From positions 28,024,001-28,088,000 of the forward strand of contig OZ004607.1 in the NCBI GenBank assembly GCA_963924565.1: a DNA stretch of 64,000 bases, read 5' to 3'. The notes beneath the pieces are model-generated. The model worked only from the letters and a program-made list of their open reading frames with translations, did no database searches and was not told the DNA's origin. This document shows, one piece after another, positions 38,705 through 53,200 of the stretch. The stretch comes from Ascidiella aspersa (taxonomy: Eukaryota). The position numbers were made by a program, and so were the translations under genes. Each line of letters starts with the position of its first letter. Positions within the stretch are counted from its first letter, which is position 1.

Positions 38705-41700
38705 CTACTTAAAGTTTCCGTACAGGTCGAACGACTGGATATAATCGGCGACGGCCTGGTAGCAGAACTCATACTGGGCGATGTCTCCCACCATTGCCGG
38801 CCTGCAATCGCGCAAATCCTTCACTGCGCGAAGCACGTCCACTCTGTTCTCGTTCTTGAGCCTTTCCAGAAGGTTCGCGATCGCTATAAATGTGCCGCTC
38901 TTGCTCGAACCGTCGCTGCAACAAAAAATGATGGACATGGGCCAACGGTGTCTAACCTGTGGCCGTCGATGAAAAATTGTGCAGCCGTTAACACGTATTT
39001 TATGAGCATATGTTGGCGGCCGTGTCCGACTGTCCGTGCTGGCATGTTAATGGTTGATTTGCTAAATGCAGATTAGAATTTTTTACGACTTGAGGGAGTG
39101 CTCTTTCGCTACATTCTCAGTAAACAGATTTATTAGGTGCGCTAAAAAAACTTGATTTCCTTGATTGACCGATGTACAAAGAAATTAGTGTAGAAGATGT
39201 GTAACAATCTTAATGGTGACGTCACATAAAGAAAACATAAGAAATTATGATATTATTTTTAACGGCTGAGCAGGCATGTGTAATGCGAGTTTTTGAGTGG
39301 AATTATGGCAAAACTGTTGGACAGGTTAAGCGGTAGTTATAGAAAGCCCTGTTTAAACGAATAAGAATGTATAAGTGCATCTTGAACTGTTATTGATCAA
39401 ATTGATAAGAGAATACATGGAGAATTAAATGGCCACACACGCAAAACTTTCTGTATTTTGTTAAAATTAAAACAGAAAAAGATTAAATCATTAACCACAG
39501 ACAGTAACTGCCATACATAGATACAAACTTGCGTTTTACCTCATGCTAATTTACATGCAAATACAATTTTTTTACAGGGGCCATGGCCCCTCCAAAATTT
39601 ATCAATAATGTACTATTAATAATTTGTTTTGTAGCATCCAATTTCAATGGCGAACTAGGAGACACCACCTCTTAAATAGCGCACACCTGTAAACTTCCCT
39701 AGTTAGCACAAAAGGATGGAAGTTACCCTCTCCGACTATAGCACTGTGTAAACCCGCAGGACTAACCGTAATCGTTGGTATAATCATTTAAAATTGAAAA
39801 CGATGATTCCACTGGCAAATAACCACCTTTGTATGTTCCTTCAAGGTACAGTTTGATAACCATCTGCGTCTTATTGGCATTTGGTGTTTACCCTTCCCAA
39901 CTTGGATGGCTTAGTTTTTACCACTTATATCAGTCACTCTATAGTATTTCATGGCAGAAATCTAGCTAGCATTCTTCAAACCTAAATAGTGTATTTGTGA
40001 ATTAAACCACGAAAAAGTTCCCAACTTGATAGGAATTTCCCATTAGATAAAAATATAAACTTACGCGGTGCAAATCTAATCGATCGCAAAAAAAGCAGCA
40101 AGAAACGACAGGCTACGGACATTAATTAGAAGTGTCGCAGTGACGAATGACTGTACAGCTGAGTTTATGTAAAACAGGTTTTGTTGACCAAAATTAATTT
40201 TTGGTCGATTTTGAAATGCTTTTCAACTCATAATTTTTTTTAAATTTCGGCATGGCAATTTTCAACGTGTCATTTTAAAGCTTTTTTACAGACCTTACAG
40301 TACAATTTATTTTATTTATAGCGTTCATCACGTTTTGGTTGGTTTCAAGAACGCCAAGGTATAAATTTACTCAAAAACAAATATCAACAGACTGAAAATA
40401 GTCGAAGTATAGTCATACTTTATGACTGTAGCTTAAACCTCTACTTGTTAAATTGTACGACATCTGTTGTGGGCACTTCCATATTTTTTAACTATACGTA
40501 GAAGCAAATTATTCCTTTTAAAAATGACTGCTGACAATTAATCTATAAAAACATGGGTTATGACCACCATCTTAAATACTTGCTTTCCATGACAGAGCAG
40601 GACGTGTTGTTTAATTAACCGTAAGATGGTTACTGGTTGTGCCTTAATATTTAAGTGTTGAAAAGGCGTTATCAGGTAGTCAAGTGCAGCTGAGTAAGAA
40701 TAACTCTTGTAGTTTTGTTAGTTTTGTCTGAGACGAAAAAGGGTTCTTGTAGTTCCGCGCGCGGCAAGCGGGCCTCGGTTCGGTTACCGGTAAATAACCC
40801 CAAAGTTGCAGGCGATTCCAAAACGAAAATTTTTGTTCCGACTGCTGGCTTCGGTCAGTTTCACAACAAAACAACGGAGAAACTACCACCGGCCTTTCTT
40901 AACCGCGTTAGCACTCGCGACGAAGGGTATTTTTTTCGCCCACTGCAAAAGCGATCGGGTGGCTATAACCCCGCCGACGCGTAGGGGGTTCCCCACCCAG
41001 GGTTGCTAAACATTTTTTAAGAATAAAATCTAAGACGTTTAAAAGAAAACCCCACGAGTTTTGAAAATAATTATAAAGCAAAAAAGTATAAACGTAATGG
41101 TCAAAACAATGAAATATTTTATTGTTTAATCGTAACTTTCTAAACAAACAAAACTTAAGCTGGACATAAAAATCCAAATACTCAAATTACTTTTGGAACA
41201 AAAAATATTTTTTGAAGACACTTCAATGCGCAAATCAAGTCAAAGAATTTTAAGAATTTGCGCCAACCCTGCAAACCGCCGCTTATTATATTGGCACCCA
41301 CCTGCAGTGCACCAGGGCGACGAACTTTTTTCCACGGACGTCGACGCGATCGGTATGGTAGCGTTCCACTTTGGGCAGGACTTCTAGCAGCGTGGAGATG
41401 TCAGGCTTGCTGTTTCGATCGCCCTTCCAGCCCGACACAGCGATCTGCTTCACCCGGTGGCAGGACTGCAAGAGTTAACATAGTGGTTTGATGCGGGGAT
41501 TTTATTGGAAGGGAGTCGCATGGGAAACGATTAGGCTGCATATCAACAGTTTGGAGCGTGCTAGTTGTTTAATGAAATGACCTTTGGAAAATCCTGCTGC
41601 AATCCTTTTGGCTAACAACAGAGTTGTTTCTAGTACTAAAGGGTGTCGGGAGTTATTTATTTTTTGGAATATTAGTATTCGGGATAAAAATGCGATTGAA

Positions 41701-44222
41701 GTGCAACAAATCGGTTTGAAATAAAGCACTGTTGATTTTCAATTTAGTATGCTGTAACATAAAGTACTATAAAGGTTGGCAAAAGTACTATTAAAGCCTA
41801 GCGTCTACCTAATTCGCGACAAGCGGGAAACCTCGCGTCCTGCGACTAGCGATAAGGGGTTACGTTTCACACACGCTACGCGTATAGGCGTCAAAAAATG
41901 AAGCACCTTGTGCATTGGTGTGATGCAAAATTTTAGCTTCGTTGCAATTGTGTACAAACAAAATGGGTAGAATCGACCTACTGGTTTGTTGTTTGTGGAA
42001 CAGCAAATTATATTTCTCTCAGATAGTTGTTCGCAGCATTATTTACCAATGTAGTTAAGTGATTCATACAATCAAACAAACTGTATTTCTGATAATAAAC
42101 AAGGTTTCTGGAATTTCCAGACACTTGCCGTCAGAAATAAATCAGATTTAACTTTTCCGCTTGTCGCTTCAAACGAAAAAATCGTGTCGTCACGACAAGC
42201 GTGTCGTCATGTGTGAATGCAACTTATTTATCACTTCTGTATAGTTCCCGTTAGACGAAAAGGTTGGAAACCACTGATCTATCTTGTTAATTAACAACTA
42301 TTACGTAACGCAACTTAAATACGTAACACGAGACAATTCTGTGGCTGCTCTACTGAGCCGAAATTAAAGGCTTGGGTCGTTGTCGCCAAGCTTTGTCACC
42401 AAATAGTTCTGTGGGTTGTCCAATTAATTGGATCCTCAGTGCAGCCAAGTGGACACAGTGAGTACATTGAAAAATCCAAAAATCTGCTTCTAATATTTTG
42501 TTGCAAAACTACCGTATTTTAGACTTGTACAATATATTGGCGATAGGCGATTTACTATCGACGCATAAAAAGGGAGAAGGGTAAAAAGAGGAAAGCCGAC
42601 AAACCGATGAGCTGTGACGAGTCACTTGCAAGTTGCGCTCTGTGTAACCCTGGAACTCCAACGTTTCTTCAAGCTCGATTGAGAATTCGGGAAAATGAGA
42701 AGAGTTTTCGTCAGACCAGTACTCGAAGCAAGGCTCGTTCTAAAAAAAGGAATGAACTGGGATAACTGTGATACAAAGTATACGCGCGTATTTAAAACTC
42801 CATAATAGTGTGCCTGGACGCCAGTAAAAATTTGTACCAATAAAAAAGCTCTTATTTTCGATAATAACCCCCTTATAGGTTTTAGGAAAACAATTTTTTG
42901 TCAACACTTAAGGGAAATGGTTGTATTGTCGCGACCGCCTACCTCTTCGATCATAACGATGCAGGCCACGTCGTTGTCTGTCACACACCTCCAGAAATTG
43001 TTGGCGTTGTGGGGCGGAGGGTTTTGGACGCTCAGGTAGTAGAAACCAACGTTGTAAGCCTGTTGTCACAGTTGAATTACGGTAAAACGTATTGTCATTT
43101 AACGCTATGTTTAAAACTACAGACGAGGTTTCCTTTAAACAATGCGAAATTCCGAAGACTTAAACAATAATAATTCCGATTACTTGAACTGGGCTATATA
43201 GCAATGTTTCCCAACGTATTGGTCGCCTATAATTTCCGGGTCGCTTGTTTGTCATTTTCTAAACGATAAAACCAACATACAAATAAAACTTAAAAATTAT
43301 AATCAACGCGGTTGAAAACAAAAATACATATGACTAGCCTAAAAAAACATAATTTGTAAGCGTCACACTTGACATATAGCTTTTTTACCTCATAGTTGCA
43401 ATTTGTTCAACAAAAAGTACTCCATTAAAAAGCCTACGAGATGTACAGATTGCGAGTGATGAGTAATAGTCAGACTGGAGCTTAAGAACTCAGTTTTACC
43501 CTGTTCGTAATTGTGATGTCATAAACTAAATAATGGTAGTTAGGTGATTTCATAAAACATTTCTCAAGAGTTGTACACTTTCTATAACAGAAGAGGCTTG
43601 ACTCGCGAGATTTTACCAGCTTGATATATTTATAAATTTTGGTCCCCTTGAAAAAAGGTGGGAACAACTGCGTATATAGGTTTGAAAACCAAAAACGAAA
43701 ATAGGATTGATCGTAACGAAGATAGCGTTGCTACTTGGCAAAACTCACTGGCCAAAAAACGAAAAACCTTTTATGCTAAGCAAACAACGAAGACGAAAGT
43801 GAAGAATTTCGACAAACACTCACATGAACGCTGGAACCGTTTAAGTAGGGGATTTCCTTGTCTTTCGAGAGCATTCCGACAAAAGCAATCGAGTGGTCGT
43901 CTGCGGCGTGAAAAATAAAAGGCTTTTGTTGTGAATAACGGCTTAAAGTCGAAATAGTAAAAGTAGCAATAGACTACATCGCAAACAAGAACTGGCCGTC
44001 AATCTATTGATTTGGTTTGTAAATCATCGAACAAATACACTAACGAAATAGTTTATTACTAGAGCTCTTAACGAAATCATACAGGGTAAAACAGAAGCAT
44101 CGTTGTTCAGGTGTTTGTTGATCGACTTGTTGGCAGATCGCTTTTCGACCTTCGAAGGTGGGACGACGTCCAGAACGTCAAATTGCAATTTCAAGCCAGT
44201 TACGTGCATATTGCGGTCCACT
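38705..44222 (-). CDS. RPTP distal D2 domain, degenerate and probably a pseudophosphatase
   Basis: Motifs YLNGS, NFWRCV, CFEYW. WKG replaces WPD, VHCSDGSSKSG has CX5K instead of CX5R, and the Q-loop region reads MVGDIAQYEFCY. Confidence 0.88.
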
Positions 44223-47200
44223 CTGAACGAAAAATTAGAACATTTCGACAAACGAAACCAGAAAACTTGGACCATAGTGACAGTAGGCTATGTTGTAGTT
44301 GCACGTAGAATGGATATTAAAGTGCATACGGAATCAGGTTGCACTGGATCAATTGCATATATAGTATACTGATGAGGCAGATTCAGAACTATATTTTAAA
44401 CGTTTATAATGCCCTACCAAATATGCTCCCTATACTTCTCTACGGGCTCTGGTATTCATTCTATGCTTGTTATTTAAATTAGCTTAAAATTGTCACATAT
44501 AAAACTGATTAAAAAAATTATAACCCTTTTTCTTTATTTAACTGTAATAGCTGGATTTAAAAATAAAAAAATCGTTGCCCAGTTTAAGATTTACAATATT
44601 TAAAATACTAAATTAACCACTTATTGCAGTAGGATGTAGACTAAGACAAGTGCAGTCCTATTTCAAGTCTTATACATGATTGCTTACCCTTTGAGTTTGT
44701 CGAAGTAGCGCATAAAGTCGGACGCTTTGACCTCAGTGCCACGCAAAGTGAGCAGTTCAGTGACCAACTTGTGAATGAACATGTATTGTCCCTAAAACCG
44801 AAAGAAACAGTATTTAAACCATTGTGCCTGTTAAGATAACTGTATAGAACGCAGTATATAGCTTACAAATGAAATATTGCAAATATTAATTTAGTGCCTA
44901 AAGTGGTTATTGTTACGGACTTTTCAGTGCGCTAAGAAAGTTACATTTAAACTAATTGAGTGACTGTTGAGAAAATTATCTGGCAACTTTTGAAAAGTCA
45001 CAGGTTGAGAAGCCTGACTTTAGAATAGCGGACAAGACAATCAAGTAACATCCAAAATATCCCTTGAATGCAGAGGATTTCATTTTTTTTTATCTTATCC
45101 GTTCTTTTTTCTTTAGAAGAAAACAATGGATTTTAACCACCCTTGTCAAAGTATTAGGATAGACCTATTAGGAACAAAACACAAGAGCATGGGCCTAAAT
45201 GCTTTGCATTTAAATGAACCATAAGTTTCTTTACAAATAAAAAAATGCATACTACTTTTGGCTTTTTCCCAGTCAAACAAATGTAACAACTCCCTCAATA
45301 ATTTGTGAAATACCCCATACGGAGGGGGTAGTTACCCACAGGCTAAAAACTACTGTTTCAGTGTGAAATGAACGAGCGAGTTTCTCACCACAGTCTGAAC
45401 CATCTCTGTCCGGTTGAGCCTCATATTGTACACCACGCCGAAAACGTTGATCGGGCGCGAAGCGTCGTCTTTTTGCAGTTGGTCAATTAAACAGTCGAGG
45501 GCAATAAAGGTTCCGGTTCTTCCCACACCGGCGCTGTGCAAATTGAGTTAATGTGGTATCCGTGATTTTTCAGTATGTAACGATATATACATCAAAGATT
45601 CTCAAACTGGAGTCCACCTTTCCCATGGCTATGCGAGAAAAATATTTAGGGTACCAAGAATTTTTTTCGAAATTCGTTTTTCATATGAGCTAAGCATTGT
45701 ATTTAACAGCTGTGGCATTGTGATTTAACGACAGTTCAAAAATCATGTGCGGCATACTATCCTCGCTCGAAATCGAAAAAACATTTACGTAAACTGGCCA
45801 CGAGAAGCATTTTAAATCGTAGTACACAACTTTAGGAAGTCAAATATTCGCAATTTCATTTTGCTCTTAATACCGCGATTAAACGTTCGAAAGTGTTAAA
45901 AAATGTCCTACATGTGCGTATTCAATTTTTTTCAATAGCGTTTGCTAATACTGCGCGAAAAAAACTAAAATACCTATTAACTCAGAATAAGACTAAATAT
46001 ACCGTAGCACCAGAATGCATATCTGCCACCATTTTTTTCACATCTTTCGACAAAATATCATTCTAAATTGTTATTAGAAACTTTACAACATTAAACCATC
46101 ACAATTTGTGTACGCATATTCAAACTCGAGATTTTAAAATAAATACTCATATGATTAAAGTTAGCATGTAATTTGTCGTACGGAATAGAAAAAAACGTTT
46201 ACCTGCAGTGCACCACGATCGGGCCGGGCTTGCTGGTGGGCTGGGCTGACGTGGCGGCCTCATGGAGTCGGAAAATTGTCGACGTAATGTCAAGGATGCC
46301 GTGGTCGGGCCAGGCCACGAACTGGAACTGCTTTACTTCTATCGGGGTCTGTTTATGCGAGGCGATAAAAAGTTCGCTGTTACTGAAAACCACGTAAAGT
46401 TTTACGTAGAATGTCAATTGATCAACTCTGGATGTCAAAGTATTGGAATTTAACTACTTTTATATGAAAATAACGAATATCTTTTCTTGCAATGTACACA
46501 AGTATGCGATTTACTTTAGCATTTGAAAGCTAGAACTGCAGCCAATATATTTGGCAACTTATAATATAGGCCTACATACCGTATTTTACAGTATAATAGC
46601 CTCCTACTTTTTAACATATGCGGTAACTTTGAAAATGGTTGATGTTGCACTATTATTATATATACAACTAGCATAATTCAAGAATCACTTTATAAGACAA
46701 AATGTGTTTTGTCGTTTTTGTGATTAGGATTCTTGCAAAAAACCTACAAAACTTGGTGTATTAACTTGTGCTGTAAGCAAGCCATTTCAAATAAAATTTG
46801 GACATGAATCAATATTTCAGCAGGATCACTGTCTCGTAATAAAATATCCTTTTTTATTACTGCGGTGCATTTGTACAAATACCGCTACCTTTTATTATGC
46901 GTACCAAACCAACATACTTGGAATTTTCTATATGCTTAGGAAAACTTGGCGTGTTATGATTCATTTCGTGAAAGTGTATACTGTGCGCAACATAAATCAT
47001 TTTCTATAGTAGCAAAATGTATAGCAAATGTTTTGTACCAACACAACACTAAAATTTTACAGTCGTTTCTCCGCAGGTGTAGTGATTCGTATCGCGCTAT
47101 TTTTGACCTAGTTGTAATTCACCTGTATTCTTGGTGTAGTAACAGACAAGGTTCGACAGACGTAATCGCCAAACGATGTTTGACTCGTTTGTTTCACCAA

Positions 47201-50200
47201 GGTGTTTCCGTACTGTTCTTCCATTCCCAAGTTGGGCCAATATTTGTCGCATTTCTCCTAAAAATAATAAATGAGAGTTAAAACGAGGTCACGTTAAGTT
47301 TTTTTTAGCCGAAACATTTTGACTCAAAAATTTCGGCTCAGTTAATATATGGTTTCATTTTGAGAACGTTTCGATCATTCTTGTCCAAGTTAGAGCAAAC
47401 CAAAAAAGGTAAACCACGAGTCATTCAAAGAAAAAAAACTGGTTATAATTAGATTGACAAAACCGTAACAAAAACAGTGGCAGCTTTGAGCTTAATGTTA
47501 AATTTACTGCAGTATGTTAAATCATAATGTTTTACCAAGTGATAATATTGATAAAGATTAGTATGTTCTATTTTACATGTTTTATACTAACGGACGATAA
47601 AATATTAACACTTGTTTAGTTTAGGCAACAATTTTACACACGCTACGAAGATACATGCATTTTGAATAAAAAGGCAAAAATGACAGAACGTTAGAATTAT
47701 TTTTCCTCCACTTTAAAGTTAGCTAGAGAAATAGGCATTGCATTAAAATAACAATAAAGTAGATTTTCTTCAGCGCTAACCTTGTTGTTTTCCACCAGTT
47801 GAGTAAGCATCACAATTACCCGGCATTCGTTTTCGATTATCATCCGCCAGAAGTCGTCAGAGGTGTTCTTAGGACCTTGGGCCGCTATGAATTTCCTCTG
47901 TGTGGCGTAGCCCTGTTGTGTGGGTTTGTTTCGTTATATCTTCCTTCGTTTTATATGCATATAATTCTTGTACTTCACCAAAAAAATCGTTTTACATCGA
48001 CAGAAAAAGCTTGGCGACACCGAAATTGGATGCATATCAAAAAAAGTATATAATTAATGTTAGTGCTAAATTAACGTTCTTAGAAAAAGTCATTATTATG
48101 TTACTTCACACGACGTTTGTACAGTTAGGAGTTAATCTGGCGGACAGCAGAAAAAAACAACTAAACGAAAATAGGTTTGTGGTGTACACTTGTACAGGCT
48201 TATTTTTGGGATCTGCATAGCTGAAGCAATCCAAAAAATTAAACTACATTTTGGAGCATAATTGTTGGAGGTTGTAGTAAGACGTAACAAGAATATCAAA
48301 GCCCATACAGAAGTATAGGTATCATTTTGAACGTTTCACACTTACAATCAGTGCCTTCTCTCTATCTTAAAAATGAACAAAGAGTTATTGGAAACGTTCA
48401 AAATGATTTCTACTTCTGTATGGGCTTTGATATTTTTATTACGTCTTAACTACATTTACAGCAAAATAATCTAGCAAAGCTAGCAATTCAGGTCAGACAC
48501 ATTAACCAGATCTTAAAAAGATATATATATATTTCGCCAACTAAGGCATCGTCAGTATATCTTAATTCGAATGAATTAATGAATTGATTCATTCGAATTA
48601 AGATATACTGACGATGCCTTAGTTGGCGAAATATATATATATCTTTTTAAGATCTGGTTAATGTGTCTGACCTGAATTGCTAGCTTTGCTAGATTATTTT
48701 GCTGTTACTGATCAGGAATTAAGGTCGACATTTATCTTGCAAGGGTCAAGGTGATTTCTATTATTCACATATTCAGTGCAACATTAACTACATTTATACA
48801 TGGCATTGATTTAGCTTGGCTGTTTTGAATTTACCAATACTATTGGTTTAGCTGAGACACTATAGTTACTTTAAAACTTACGTCTATGTAAGAGGCGTTG
48901 ACGTAGTCAGACATCGCTTGGTTTGGAAGTTTTTTCAAAACAACTCTAGACTGGTCGCCTGCTCAATAACGACACGGTTAACAGTAGAAATGTTTTACAC
49001 TTTAAGTTTAAACTCCTTAAAATCATTTTTTGGTATAGTTTAGTTTATACAAGGCGAAATTTTGAGTGCGTGAGTGCGTGTGTTATTCAAACAACGCTGG
49101 TCGGTAAACGCAATTAAAATACAAAAATGAGACAGTGAAATATGACACATATGAACAGTACAGTGAATATAATTACTCATATGAACAATATTACCTATGT
49201 GGGGTTTCATTGGACACAAATGTCAATATACGGAGATGTCGCCACGGTGATTCATAAAAATGATAATCGAGGAAATTACATGATCGAGTGAGAAAACAGA
49301 ACACAGCAATCGAAGCAAACCTTTGGACGTTAACAAGCCAAAGTAGCCATTGGTATTGCCCTATAGTCAATAATTTACTTTCACTTCTGTTTCAAAGCAG
49401 CGAAGTAAACGAAGATTTAAAAATACTTAACTCTCAATCGACAATACCCGAAAGAATAAGGCAAATCTTAGTTGCCAGAGGAAAGTCAATCCAAAAATGA
49501 AGGAGTCATGTATCGAAATCAAAGAGAGGAAATCATGACCGCGCTTAGGCGTGATATGACGCCAGAGTAAGATCGAAAAAGAAGAAGGGATTTAACATGA
49601 GTTGTTTAACGTTTAAACGAAAGAAGTCGTAAAACGAATTCGTGAATTGAAGAAGTCAGTGCACACGTAAGAGTAAGCTATTGAAAAGATTTTATGACGT
49701 TACGGGAACAATATTTTTCAATGCATTTTACACAATTATGCCAATACACTTTCAACAGTCGACGTCGCAACCTTGGAAAAGGGTTGGTGCGAACTGTCGT
49801 GTGATTGGTTAGTGAAGGAAAAAGTAAATCTCTCCACAATACTCACTTTTACACGCTTTGGTATATTTTCCGTTAAAACGACTTTTTTTATGAGAACAAA
49901 TAAAGAAATCTTGTATTGTTGGGGTATGCTACAATTGGATAAGTAGTTATTCAATATCAAAGTTTTATTGAAAGGTAAAAATCAAAAACTTCTTGAAATC
50001 TCGATTACATTTTTGAATTAGACATTTTAAAGATCTTAACATTATTTTAACAAACATGGCATTAAGGAAAAGAGGAAACGGCAGAATTAAAACGACGCTG
50101 TAAGTAATCTCTGCAAATTGATTAATTACACAAGCGACTTACTTGGAAGAATGTTTTTGAACCTGTTCTTTCCGTGCTGCTGGGCAAGGACGGCGTACTT

Positions 50201-53200
50201 CGTGCTTACCTTCGCCTTTGCCACCATGTCTGGAAGAACTTTCTGCAACACAAACCGCATTTTAGTTTGGCGTAGATGTACAGAAATAGAGACTAAGATG
50301 TATTGTACATGGTACAACAAAGAGAGTTGGGCCCATATTCCGTCATAATCAACCACAATATAGTTGGGCTATATTAGTATTGCTTTAATTATTTAAAATT
50401 CACATCAAGCAGCAAAGCACCTCATGGTAATTTCACGATATTGCAGTGTTTCAAATAAAATATAAAATGAAACGACAGAACGACGCTAAGGTGTGGCCTG
50501 AAATTGGTCGGTTTTAATACGATGAATTCACATCAAGCAGCAAAGCACCTCATGGTAATTTCACGATATTGCAGTGTTTCAAATAAAATATAAAATGAAA
50601 CGACAGAACGACGCTAAGGTGTGGCCTGAAATTGGTCGGTTTTAATACGATGAAAAAATGGCAAAACATAACAACAAGCTATCAAAAAAGACTCTTTTGA
50701 TTCTGAAGTTATCCGAAAGAAGCCGATAACTCAGAGGCCTATAAGAATTTCAAATGGCGACAATAACATATTCAAACAAGCAATAAAATTATAAAAATCA
50801 ATTTTTTAAAGGAAACCTAGTTAGCTGACGTTTTCGTAAGCAAGCGTAGTTAGCTTTCACTGGTATTAAATTATCCTGAGCGATGCCATTCATTGACATA
50901 GGATATCATATCATCGGATACGATTCGACATTAACGGATATCCTCAAAGTTTGATATGACCACCCAAACACAAACGTGAACAAAATGCGCTTGCCTTGAA
51001 TTCGTCAGTAAACATCCGATCCTCGTTCGCCCGCTTTCGGCTGTAAACTTGGAGAAGGTTTTCCGGCGCGATATTGTATTCCGCAATCTTCAAGGCCACC
51101 AAATCAACTTCGCTCGTCTCACTGGCGTCGTCAAATGAGTCTGAATGAAAGACGCGTGCGATTAAATGTTGCTTATTGTATAAGCTGGGCGACAATGTGT
51201 AAACTCTTGTAAAGTGACTAAACAACACCAACCAAAATATTGATCGACTTTGATGAACAACTGGTTATAAATAACGTTTTGTTAAAATAGTAGCTTTGGC
51301 ATGTTAGTCTACCCCAAAACTGCACGTGTAAATCAGTTTCGTAACTTTACACGAACTTTTGTTCCTATCCAAGTCTGGTCAGCATTTTTATTGGTTAAAA
51401 TGTATTTTGCATTATAAAATGTAATAAGAATATCAAAGCCCATACAGAAGTAGGTATCATTTTGGACGTTTCGAATAACTCTTTATTCATTTTCAACATG
51501 TCACTTCTGTATGGGCTTTGATATTCTTATTACGTCTTACTACAACCTCCAACCATTATGCTCCAAAGTTCATTATAAAATGATTTGAACTTTACTTGCT
51601 CTGTTCATGTCTGGGACTGAGTCTCTACTTGTATTTAGTTAAAACGACTTGTTTATTATTGTGTTGAAAATGAAAATAGTCAACGAAAAAGCGAACTTAA
51701 AGAAAAGGTGCCAAGCACAACGTGTTGAGAAGCAAAGTTACCTTCCTGGTTAGCGTTGTGTTGGACTGGTCTGAGCGGCACGCGGTTATCCACAGGCACT
51801 GTCACGTTTCCGCTGGAGTCTCGCTTTCTCACGCGCTGACTTAACGGCCTGAATGAGAAAACAACGATTTCAAAAAGTATACGACGGTGCATAGGAACCT
51901 ATTTTTCTTTGACATTGCAGTCCCTTTAGGTTTAAACCAGGGCTCCTCGGGACTCGACGAAGTCGGTTTATTTCGCTGAGTTGGACTCGGGACTCGAGTA
52001 CGAATACTTATGACGACTCGAGTCCCCGTTACGATGTACGCATGCGCAGTACTAGACGTATAAGGTCGCAAACCGTCAATCGTAAATCATAAAGGTATTA
52101 GCATATAGTTAAATATTTTCGATCTATTAGTCACAACAACTACTTCCTGGTGTGCCTTGCTTAAGGCCGTGGTTTGCATCACGTCCTTACCTTCGGTAGA
52201 CAATGGCCAGAACAATTAGGATCAGTAAGACTATTGCCACGACAACCAATCCTACAATGAGCCCGATGTTAGAAGAAGGCGGCGATGGAGGCAAAGCTGA
52301 AAATACAATCAAATGCAATTATTTAATAAGGTTTGCTGTGGTTGTTAGATTTCAAAAAAACGGTTTGACTAACTATTTTTTTCGTTTTTTTTATCTTTAT
52401 AGTTTTCAACTGTACATGTATAGTAGACAACCTAAATGATTTCAGAAATCATGCAACTTAAAGCCTTTTTAATCTAATCGCTGCGTCTAAAAGGGGTCAT
52501 CGCCATGATTGAGTTTGACCACTTTCAAATAACAACAAACAAAAAAAAGCAATTACGTTTCTTTGCCACAAAAGGGCTAGAAGGCGAACTGGCAACAAAG
52601 AAAGGAGAAGCAGATCTCCCACTGACACCAGGGCCACCACCAGGCGAATTATTGGGGGTCGCAGTCACCACGTAATACTGGTAGGAGGCTCCGGGCTCAA
52701 GCTTTCGGTTTTCGGCGCGCACGACTGATCCGAGGCTACGTCGTAACCGCGTCGTGTTGACGCCACACGTTTGCGAGCCGTTCGTCGTTATTGCTGAGAC
52801 GTCACAGCAGGACGTAGATCCGTCGCCCAGCGTTAACCGCGTTGACGTTTTAATGCTGAGAAGGTAATTCAACGTAAATGTCAATTGCTACATAGTTAAA
52901 ACAAACGTGCAAACCAAGATATATTTCGCCGCAGCTGCATGTGAAGATGATAAAACGTTTTGTTTTAACTTTTATGGCATCTTTGGAAATGACATTAAAA
53001 TGCTAATTTCTGTAAAAAATGCCACATCTAGAGTCGTCAATCTGCTTTTTGTGAATGCGAGTTCAGTGACGATTAATTGTACACTGTCTGTTTTACCAAG
53101 CTGTAACTCGACTCGAACACGGCTAACTGTGTTTGGTATATATCTTTATAAAAAGCGAAATGACGCGCACCTTGATTTCGCTACAGCGACGTAAGGTTCC

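Noticed and set aside
37980-38772. ORFs of 146 and 116 aa downstream of the RPTP stop
   Set aside because: They lie mainly in the probable 3' UTR and have no recognisable domains.
40680-41010. GC-rich intronic patch with short ORFs
   Set aside because: The flanking D2 exons splice directly (HC|SDG), and I saw no coding or clear motif signal.
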